DNA of 64,000 nucleotides from Trichosphaerium sp. ATCC 40318 (lineage: Eukaryota; Protista; Tubulinea). Below the pieces are notes generated by a model. The model had not been told where the DNA came from and ran no database searches. It saw only the letters and a program-made list of their open reading frames with translations. A program made the translations under genes and the position numbers. The DNA lies in the NCBI GenBank assembly GCA_038496445.1, contig JALMLS010000215.1, forward strand, positions 248,001-312,000. The letters are read 5' to 3'. Position 1 is the first letter of the stretch, and each line of letters starts with the position of its first letter. Positions 54,156-64,000 of this stretch are shown here, one piece after another.

Positions 54156-55898
54156 ATGTTGGCATTTAGGACTGTTCAAACCCACCTCAAACACCGCGCA
54201 GCGATAGTCTTTCGCATGGCGGGTTTGCTACTCGCATTTCTTGTGGTCACTCATTTTTATAATGCGCGTAGTGTTGCAACGTCGCCTGTCGTACTCGCAA
54301 AACCTCAAATTACCGGTGGAATGCCCGCACAGTTGTTTATGCAGCGGTAAAGCAGTTTGTATCACAACACGCTAATCGTGCGTCAGGTATGCATGTGCAG
54401 GCGATGATTCAATCACAAAGGCAATGCTTGCTAGTTTACAGCCATGGGCAATTGAAGGTACTGTTTTTTTTTGTTCGACGTTGTCCAACTAACAAAAAAT
54501 AGGCGTCACTAAGGTCAGCATTTTGCGCGCAGTGGCAGCGTGCTCTTCTTGCGTGCGTTTACAGATAATACATAACAGACTTTACATGCACGTGAAAGCA
54601 TGACATATTTGATTTTGTTTAACGACTGGGTTTTAGCGTCAATCATGCTGTTGCAGCACGCTATTTTGGTCGTCAACTGAACTATACTGTCAATATGTTT
54701 CTAGGTATTGCAGCTTCGGTAACTTGAGTTGATGACTTGTAGATTTGACGCATAGAGTTGAAGTGCCTGATGTTGACTTTGTTGTTAATCTTGGAGAGTG
54801 GCCAATCATACCACGTACTACAAGGGGCACTCCACCACCAGTATTTTCAAGTGTAAAAGGAAGAGACTACTTAGGTACAGCAATGTTGAGGTAACAAACA
54901 AACAGCCAAACTAACTTTTTGCATCAAACCAGATATACACTGTCCACCAAGGTACATTGTTTTAACATCAATCATAATAATAGTAACAATGAGCCAGGAT
55001 TGATATCACATCAGCCGGGGATGCTATAACCAGTATAGCTGCATTAAGGTACTATTTTTTTAATGTAATGTCAATTGATTAACATGGGTGGCAGTCAAAA
55101 ACACAGCTGGGCTCAAAAGGAGCAGATAGGTATGTAATGGTAGCTCATTTGTGCATTGACATGGGATAGCTTATTGGCGTGGTGAAGCTGTAAACACTCA
55201 GTGCACATCATCCAAGTGGGCCAAGATGGCTGGTGCTATGCTAGCTCATGTGTCTGTAACATTTCCAAAGCTGGTTGATGCAAAGATAACACACACATCT
55301 CAGTGCTCAAGTCATGCTGCAACAGCGTTACACACAAGAGGCTATGTTACAGATGTACCAGCCCAATTGGTTGAGCAATTAAAGCATGCTATAATTGTGT
55401 GTTTGGATGGTATGCAATGCCAACTAATCCATCATTGTTAATTGAGTACAAGGTATTGGCAATGATCATCTTTACACAGTTTTCCTTGCCTCCAACAGTG
55501 CTATATTGAAGCAACAATCTTCTTTGTACATCAATTTCAGGGTTTTTCCCTTATTATAATTAATGTTTGATAGATATGAAGTGTTTGAAGTAGATTTAAA
55601 GGCTTGGCAACACTATATTCCTCTTAATATGTACAATTTGTCTTTTACTACTATTATTCATTGATTTAGGGATTTCAAATCTCTTTTGGCCCAAATCAAA
55701 GAAGCTACTACTTTGTTGGCCCAAAATACCACTGTTGTACACAATATTGCTAATTTTGCTTCTAATTATACTCTCAAAAACCTTAATCAAGATAAACTGC
55801 TATGTTATTGGTTTAATCTATTGGTGGCATATGCAAATTTTACCAAATTTCCAATAATTAGAGATTCTAATGCTAAATTAATGATTAATAAATTGTAA
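54156..55898 (+). CDS. Glycosyltransferase family 90 (CAP10/KDELC/POGLUT-like)
   Basis: N-terminal TM, VPDVDFVVNLGEWP, PVFS, SWAQK..AYWRG, LVDAK, LDG, WQHYIP, CYWFNLLVAYA. Confidence 0.8.
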
Positions 55899-55990
55899 AT
55901 AATGTATAACAAATGATATTATTGGTTTTTTGTATGAAAACTGGCCTTTTAAACCAAAAATGACCAATTTTTACAGACAATTGAGTTGCA

Positions 55991-57150
55991 ATCATTTTTC
56001 TGAAATAGTCATTAAGTTGTGGTAGTTAATTGCAGTTTTAGGTTAAAACATGGTTGTTTAGTGGTAATATATTGTAGTGTTGCTTGTATTCAACATTAAC
56101 TTGTGCATTACAGCCACTGTTGTTGATTACCCATCTCAACTTGAATATAACTAATTGCCAGCATTGATTCATCTTTTTGTTGGAAGAATCTTCTTTTTGT
56201 CTTTTTTATCAACATTTCAAAAATAACCATATCTTGACAAAGATTGTTTCCAACAAAAAGGCTGAAATCACTTGGCTTTTATTTTGATTGAATGGATCCA
56301 CAATCCTGTTAATTGCCTGCAGTGGGTACATATTTGTACAACAAACAAACCATTTCTGTTGTAAAAAAATCCTTGAATATAAATGTGTTATAGCAGTACT
56401 GGAATCAGGATTTTGACCCATACTAAACCCGTACCAAACCCATACTTTTGACTTGTACTTAACCCATACGGGTTCTGTACTTTTGACCTGTACATAACCC
56501 ATACGGGTTCCATATTGTTGATCCATACTTTACCCATACAGGTTATGTATGGGATCCGTACAGGTAGAGTGCAATTAAATAATATGAAAAATTGTATTTA
56601 TTGGATACAGAACATACTCCTCTTTTTTCCATACAATGTATGTGTACACATATATCACATGTGTGCCAAAACCACAACCATCAGTATACACTTGCAATCA
56701 AAAAAAAAATTTGGCCATCAACTTTTGTTTGGATTTGGCAATCATCCAAAAAAAAATTACTGCAATTAAATGGCAGCTTGTAATCATAAGGTACAAAAAC
56801 ATGTATTATTAATAGATGAGGGTGTTTTAAGGTTAATAGGGCATGTACTTAAAAAATAGAGGAGAAAACTTAATAAAGTGCAAAATGTAGCTTTTTGCTG
56901 AATTTTGTTGTTTTATTGCATAACTTTGGTCTGACTGTACAAACTGCTCAGAAAATATGTATTTGGAGTAGTTTAAGCATATTATGGCCTAATAACTCTA
57001 GTAAACCACTTTTTAAAGGCAATTATGGGTTTCAAGCATTTTTCTGAAATAGTTGTTAAGTTGTGGATATTAAGTTGGAGTAGAACAATTAAGGCATGAT
57101 GTCTAAAATATCTCCTCAAACAGGTCAAAAACATGGTCATTTAGTGGTTA
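55991..57150 (+). repeat. Degenerate direct repeat pair (55991-56070 and ~57036-57150)
   Basis: CATTTTTCTGAAATAGT(CA/TG)TTAAGTTGTGG and AAAACATGGT(TG/CA)TTTAGTGGT are present in both copies. Confidence 0.8.
56410..56570 (-). repeat. Decayed inverted copy of the 35-bp GTACGGG array (a further short copy lies at ~57273-57318)
   Basis: TTTTGACCCATAC...AACCCATACGGG matches the reverse complement of the 58.1-58.6 kb unit, with many CG>CA/TG changes. Confidence 0.85.
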
Positions 57151-57156
57151 TGGGGT

Positions 57157-57202
57157 TGTAATGTAATGTAATGTATTGTAATGTTGTAATGTAAATGTAA
57201 TA
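57157..57202. repeat. Imperfect (TGTAA)n microsatellite
   Basis: TTGTAATGTAATGTAATGTATTGTAATGTTGTAATGTAAATGTAAT. Confidence 0.8.
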
Positions 57203-57344
57203 GTTAAGAAAACAATAAACCAATCCATTGTTTTTACTATTTTGTGTACACAATTATAACTGCTGACACATATTTTGACCCGTACCTAACCTGTACAGGT
57301 TCCATACTTTTGACCTGTTATTTAGTTGTTTTTAAGTGTTATTA

Positions 57345-57590
57345 GCTTGAAAGTTGATGGAGCTGGTAAATAGCTTGTCAAAAATTGTCAAGCTGGTAGA
57401 CCTATGTATGGCCTTGCAAACTAAGGGTAATGACAATTTTGCAATGACTATATTTTGTTTTTGTGTAGATTTCAAGTGTTAACCTATACAAAAGACAAAG
57501 CTGCTAAAACCTGTTCTTGTGGTTGTGATTCTACTGAGAAATCTAAAGAAAAGTTTGAAGAAGAGTTTGATGAATCAGACAGCACATGAA
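57345..57590 (+). pseudogene. Possible decayed intron-containing gene fragment
   Basis: GT-AG-like junctions and a coding-like exon (FQVLTYTKDKAAKTCSCGCDSTEKSKEKFEEEFDES), but a stop in the preceding segment. Confidence 0.25.
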
Positions 57591-58129
57591 TTGCATGTTT
57601 TGGGCATGTATATTGTTTTAAAGCCAGTTGGTACACTTTCAATAAGTACCTATCAGTTGGAATTTACTCTCATTTGAAGCACTTTCAATTTGGGTATTGT
57701 CAATATTCAAAGCAGCAAAGATTTGAACAGTCCATAAAGGAAACCAACAAACCACATTTTATGGAGATTTTTATTGAAACTACTTTTTGTTTTACATATT
57801 GATAGCCAATACCCACTAAAATGTCATTGTCTCTTTTTTGAATGGGATTATGCTAACACTATTGGAAATATGTTGATTAAATACATCTCATCTATTTTTA
57901 ATGGCTGGTCTGAAAACACCATGCAATATTCACAACAAAGAAAAAGATTTTTGGAAAGACTGGAGTGCAGGTTTACCTCCAAATCCTCCCCTTTACCACC
58001 CATATGCAATGCATGATGGAGCATATGTGGACAGCTTTTTCTTTCAGTGGTGGAATTGGACAGCACGTGAATTGCACGTTTTGGGCACATTTATTTTCTG
58101 CACAAAAGACATCAGTAGTAAAATCGGGA

Positions 58130-58590
58130 GTACGGATAATGTACGGGTAGAGTACGGGTCAAAAAGTACGGATCCCGTACGGGTAGAGTACGGGTTGAAA
58201 GTACGGGTTCCGTACGGGTTTAATCCGTGTCAAAAGTACGGCACCCGTACGGGTAGAGTACAGGTCAGAAGTACGGGTTCCGTACGGGTTGAGTACGGGT
58301 CAAAAGTACGGGTTCCGTACGGGTTGAGTACGGGTCAGAAGTACGGGTTCCGTACGGGTTGAGTACGGGTCAAAAGTACGGGTTCCGTACGGGTAGAGTA
58401 CGGGTCAGAAGTACGGGTTCCGTACGGGTTGAGTACGGGTCAAAAGTACGGGTTCCGTACGGGTTGAGTACGGGTCAAAAGTACGGGTTCCGTACGGGTT
58501 AAGTACGGGTCAAAAGTACGGGTTCCGTACGGGTTGAGTACAGGTCAAAAGTATGGGTTCCGTACGGGTTGAGTACGGGTCAAAAGTACA
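58130..58590 (+). repeat. Tandem array, ~13 copies of 35-bp GTACGGGTTCCGTACGGGTTGAGTACGGGTCAAAA
   Basis: Read directly; three GTACGGGT cores and a CCGTACGG palindrome per unit; no unique spacers. Confidence 0.97.
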
Positions 58591-58670
58591 GCACCTGGGT
58601 TTGGTGCAGATCGTAGGTGGACAGTTTGTTATTTATTTACTACAATTACATTTACATAGATCTGCAATCT

Positions 58671-61014
58671 TCATCTTTGTGAATGTACATCTAAAGTGTC
58701 ATTATGGTGATTTTGTTGGTAAAAATCCTTTCTTTTTACTGGAGTTATGGTAACTAAACACATTATTAATACTTCTTATACCATCAATTTTACCTATTGG
58801 ATACTTATCTTTGAACAATATACCTGGCTCAGTCCATAATGATGCAAATAGATTTTTCTTTATTGTCTTTTTGTTTACTCTTTTGATTTTGTTGGTCGCA
58901 GCAAATGCTCTTAAAGGAATTTTCTTATAAAACAAATGTCAATTAGTAACAAATAAATATTGGTACCTTAGCACAGAAACACATTACTGCATTTTGTACT
59001 GTTAATGCTGCAGCAGGATAAGAGTAATCTTTTTTCCTTGGAAAAGAAATTACATTAAAACTTTTATCTTGCCGTCCGAAAATTTTATCAATAGAAACCT
59101 TGATAAAAGATGCCACATTTTTTTTATCAAATGGTGATGCTAGAATAAACTTTTATTAGCTGTAATGGACAAAAAAACAAAACTTGGTACCTGAGAAATA
59201 ATAAACAGAGTAAACTGAAAGATCTACAAAAGCCAATGTCCAATAACTACCTTTACTTAGTAAATATTAAAACTGCTGTACTAACCAATCCTGTTCTACA
59301 CTGTCATCATAGTTTGCAACATGTTCATCAAAAAGTGGTATTGGTATCAATAATATTTCTAGTGTGGTACGATCATGTAAATTCACACAGTCTGTTTTAG
59401 TTAAAGCCTCTTCAACACCTCCATAATCCTACAATTAATTAAAACAACTAATTAAATAGAAAAATAAGTTGCCTGTTGCAGTAAACAGCAAGTGGAGTTT
59501 TCTGACAGCACTCCAATGTTATTTCTTTTACTTTTTTTTAAACCACTAAATAAACATTAATATTATAATAACAATCATTAAAGTACCTTAATATAATATC
59601 TACCATTGCTGCAGTGGTAGGATTAGGTTGTATATCAGAAATAAATAGAAAAGCATAATCGTATAGTGTGCAATTGACATCAGATTCCAAAAAAATTGGA
59701 GTATCAAAAGGAACTATTGAATAAAAATCATCAATTTCTTCTTCTTTTTTGTTTTCTTTTTTTTCCAATGGATTTTCTTTTCGGTCATTAACAGCAGCAC
59801 TGTGATCACTATCATGTTCTTGTTCATGAAATGTTTTTTCTTTTCTTTTATCACCTTTGAAACTGTTTTCTTTAGTTTGAAATAAATTTCTTGATCCCTG
59901 AGAAGAAGATTCAGACATTTTTCTTTTGGTATTCGGTTTTGGTGTTGAGGATTGTTTTAATGGTGTTCTTAAAGGTTTCTTCCTGTTGGAAACAGTGGTT
60001 CTATGAGTTAAAGCCTTTATAACCAAGTGCCACTTTGGTGTAAAGTCATGTTCAGTTGCTGTACTATAAAAGATAAATTAGTATTGTAAAAAACCATAAC
60101 TATATACATAAAAGTAGAAGTTATTGTAGTAAATCCTTTTTTCAAATCTTTAATGGACTTATGTTTGTTTTTATGATTCCATCCATAGTCAGCAACAGCT
60201 TTTAAATTTGCCACTAAACCTTCAGTAATAGGGCCCCAAATTGAGTTGCCAGTCGCAACAAATTCCAATAACTTAGTTTCTAGATGAAATGGTTACAATA
60301 ATAATAATGTAAAAAGACATTACCTGCCAACTCAAAAGAATGTTCATGTTCATCGGTCAGCGTATCAAAAAATTGAGCTACAAAAATACGTAATCTAGGT
60401 TTAATATATTCACGGATATGTTTACGTGCTTCGGAAAGAAGAAAACGGTCAAAAGGACAACCATAAAATGCTTCAAACCCTATTTGTATTTTTTTTATAA
60501 TTGCATCGGCTTGACTTAGATCTGTGTTTGGGAAATAGTGTTCAATCTCATTTTTAACATAATTCTAATGGGAATAAATAAAAAGGATTTTTTTTTTAAC
60601 GTACCACATATTTTGTTTCAATAGTTTCTAATTTATGATGCTGTCCTACAAATGCTCTGAATGCAGTATTTAAGGCAGATATAGCCAATTGCAGTTCTCT
60701 TATTGAGTTTTTTACATCAGAAAATTCTTCTTTAGTCGTAATTCTTAATTCATTAATACTTGTCTTTATATCTCCTAAAAATAATTAATTTAAATAGCTG
60801 GTATAAAATTAGTACCAATTGTTGGAGTATAATTTTTTTGATCTGTAAAATAATCCAATAATTCTTCTGAATGATCGTTTAATGGCTCCATGTCATTATC
60901 AGACTCTTCCGATGCAGAAGAGTAAATCCGAGTTCTTTTAACAGAATTATTATCACGTTTTTCAGATCTTTTTCTTTTAAGCTTTTTTGTTTCAGTATGA
61001 AGAAGAAAATCCAT
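58671..61014 (-). CDS. Intron-rich protein with coiled coil, basic/acidic low-complexity region and C-terminal Ulp1/C48-protease-like domain (catalytic residues apparently lost)
   Basis: Exons splice in frame where checked: TTAAMVDIIL...ILLIPIP...YWTLAFVDLSVYSVYYFS...FPRKKDYSYPAAAL. Stop TGA at 58671-58673. Confidence 0.5.
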
Positions 61015-61116
61015 CGTTTATTGTAATGATGCAAAATTATAAAATTAAAGGAAAAATATTGACTAAACGATGGACAAAAAAAAATCAAAAGGAAAAAAGT
61101 TACCCTTTATTATCAT

Positions 61117-63629
61117 TTAGTTGTACAAAGACTGAATGCTTGTGATTTCTATAGAAAAACTGAGTCAAATGAATAAGTAAAAATTCTTTACCTGTTTTTG
61201 AAAGCTTTTCTTTAAAAGTGTTGACTTCCTCATTACATAAATCAGAGGTTTCTGAAAAATTAGGAATGAATTGAGGTAAATTTTTACAACATTGACATTC
61301 ATTTTTCAATGTTGATGATACCTGTCGGACATGAAGTCTTTCTTTGCGGAATCGGACAAAATCTTTACCATGCCATGTAACCATACCATGTGCATACCAT
61401 TTTGTTATAACTGATAAAGCTCTCTGACCTATTTATCTGTTATTAACTATTTTTAATTTTATGATCGTACTAGGTAACTTATTAAAAGCAGCTACATCAT
61501 TATCATGATAATTAATAATTGAGCATGGAGTTATGAAAAAGGTACATCCGACAGCATTATCATCTCCATTCCAGTTTTTTTGTAATTCAAGTGAGGCCTT
61601 AATTGCATTTTTAGCATGAGTAATGTTGTTGGGGTTCTCAGGCATTTCTATATAAGCCCATGACTCATGTATAAACCTACAATAGTTATAAAAAGATAAA
61701 TACTGTCTCTTATTGTGGTACGTACTCATAAGAAGTGTAAAAAGTCTTTCTTACTGCCTTTAATCCGACTACTTCATTGCCTTGGTAAGTTGTACTAGCA
61801 TTGGCAAGTAAACTGATTAATTGTAGCCTATCTCATTATTAATAAACAGATATTGTGCCTTATACATACCCATAAGCATTATTTATAATTAAATCACTTT
61901 CTTGTAATCGTAATTCTTTAGTCTCACAGTCTATTGAACCCGAAGTACGTATAAGTAGGTGTTGATTAGCTTGTACCAGTGGGTCATTAAAATTTACTTC
62001 TAAATGATGGTGCCATGTAAAGTTTCTTACATAAGGCCTATACCACTTTAATTGATTGTTGTATAATATCTTCATTTTTTTTTGTATAAAAGGAACTATC
62101 TGTGGTTGTTCTGGTCTTAATTCACGTAGTATAACACTATAAAATCCACTATGCCCAAAACCCATCGTTGCTGTTACTTTATGCCGTACTGCACTTGGTA
62201 TGCCTCCATGTAATGCCCATACAAAATTAGTATCCTGTATTCCGATTACATTATTTTTTTCTACAAAAAAAGTAAGAAAAAAAAAAATTGTAGAAGTACT
62301 TTTATCAGCTATTAGTATCGTTTTAAAACTGTCAATATCTTCTTTGTCTGTTTCATCTACCAAAAATCCAATCAAAGTAATACCAGCTGTCGGATGTATA
62401 TGCCCTGAATCAGTATGCCAACCCAAATTATTACTCTGTGTATAATACTAATATAAATTAATAAACTCCTAATAACTAATACAGACCTTTATCTCTATAA
62501 TATATCTTTCTGGATCGTAAAGTGTCTTTGTCTTACTATCACAGTGTAATGCCAGATGTAAAGCATATAATGGTTTTAGCAATTCCATGTCAACTGAAGT
62601 AAGAGGTTTTGATGGATGACAGTGATTATTGCCCAATATTTTCGGATTATTAACATTGTATGGAGATAACCAATTGTCCTTTCCAAAATAACTTGAAGCA
62701 TGCTGAGTTAAATAATAACAGGACAATAGATCATCTCCTTTAGTTGCACGGAACTAACATTAAATTAGCCTGGATAAGAAAAAATAAAAATCATACCAAA
62801 TAAGACAAGCTGTCTTTGTTATTTCTGACAAATTGTTGTATCCTGTCAAACAATGTATCCATAAACCCGGATTGCTTTTTTATAACATATAAAGTGCTAT
62901 CATTTTTAGAAATGTCATCAACAGCTATTTTGCAATGTTTAATAGGTATCGTATCTCCATGAATATATATCTATTAAATGATAAATATTCATCAAACAAA
63001 AAATGTTTACCTTTTTAGTTTTAGCTTTACGAGTGCTATGAAAATCGATGGGTTTAAACTCAGCTGCATTTTGTTTTGCTTTATTGGTACAATAATCTTG
63101 GTCAAATACTTCTTCAGGAATATTAGAAGGTATTTCTAGCAATTAATTAGTGTAATAACAAAAAAAATAACTTACTTCCTGTCGTTATGCCATCATAAGC
63201 ATACTGTATTTGTTTTCTGGTCGGTGCTTTTGTTAAGTTATCTTTGGCAGTGGCTTTTTTGCTTCGTTTTTGATACAAAGCTATATTACTTGCAACAATA
63301 TATAAATGTTCCAAATTGCAAAGGTTTTCATGTCCTAACTAAACATATACTGTTAATATTATGATAAACTGACTATGGTGTACTTGAACGATTAATTGCT
63401 CAGCTGGATTTGATAATCGTTGGTGGTTGGGAGGTTGTATTGTTCTTAGTTTGTTTATAATTATGTCTCTCTTCGGCCTTTGTACTTCTAAATGCAACTT
63501 ACATGATGTAGATGAATTTGTTTGAGTAATTTCTCCCCCATTGTTATACAATCGTAAAGTTGCCTGGTATATAGTATTTGTCAATTTCTCCCTTGTAGCT
63601 TTATCCAATACATTACTTGTAACAGCAAC
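61117..63629 (-). CDS. Intron-rich protein containing an AlkB-like 2OG-Fe(II) dioxygenase domain (5' end unresolved)
   Basis: Spliced YIIEIK|YYTQSNNLGWHTD...ITLIGF...VWALHGG...RHKV...FYSVILR fits the AlkB pattern NxY..HxD..H..xxxxxR. Confidence 0.6.
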
Positions 63630-64000
63630 CTACACCAAAGTGAGTAATAAACATTAAAACAAAAGTTTAAAATGATCAATGTAATTGACTACACTAAACA
63701 GACTCAAAGCCGACTGAAATCAACCTATAACATAAAGACAACCACCGATGCCTAAGACCGACTTACAATATCTCAAAACAGCTGCCGACTCCCAAATTAT
63801 GTACAACTCCAAACCAGCCAAACATGGAAACTTATTGTTGATACTTAAATTAACTCGCAGCACCTTGGAACAGTTGTTGAAACCAAAAACGACCCACAAC
63901 CAAATCGGAAAAATACATGTGAAAATTACTGCCGACTTCTAAAACGACTGCGACACCTGCATCGCCTTGCAACACCTTGAGACAGTCGCCGAAACCAAAA

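Noticed and set aside
57901-58120. Tc1/mariner-like WPPNSPDLNP motif (DWSAGLPPNPPLYHP)
   Set aside because: The match is too weak and no DDE/D context is visible.
58130-58590. CRISPR-like array (35-bp palindromic repeat)
   Set aside because: The units are contiguous with no unique spacers, no cas genes are present, and the context is eukaryotic.
61350-61430. Chromodomain-like segment (VITKWYAHGMVTWHG) in the AlkB-like gene
   Set aside because: Only the KW...TW spacing matches, which is not enough without a profile search.
1-64000. Stop-codon reassignment or widespread pseudogenisation suggested by fragmented ORFs
   Set aside because: Where checked, the stops fall inside short GT/GC-AG introns, and the spliced genes are open in the standard code.

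Overview
Gene-dense eukaryotic (protist-like, possibly amoebozoan) genomic DNA in the standard code. It has many very short spliceosomal introns (mostly about 40-80 nt, donor consensus GTACG/GTAYG), so the ORF track is fragmented and the gene models here were assembled by hand. Bases 1-56 kb hold about 23 mostly housekeeping genes: GH36-like hydrolase, Rac GTPase, class C GPCR, J-domain protein, VPS25, MCRS1, MORN protein, RRP15, F-box/LRR, RanGAP, SAPS/PPP6R, eIF5B, an S1-only RRP5, APC2, PFAS, CASC3/Btz and GT90. The most striking gene is 13351-16403(-). It is an ~893-aa reading frame in which a Reeler domain and a Cys-rich module are followed by an internal signal-peptide-like segment and then an LPMO-like (histidine-brace) domain, suggesting a processed polyprotein. 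From ~54.8 kb the sequence becomes CpG-eroded, and duplicated segments differ by CG>TG/CA changes. This domain surrounds a 35-bp GTACGGG tandem array, followed by two AT-rich, intron-rich genes with Ulp1-like (apparently inactive) and AlkB-like 2OG-Fe(II) domains, possibly cargo of a silenced mobile element. At least six GC-AG introns with a GCACG donor were found. All family assignments come from recognising motifs by eye; no database search was run.
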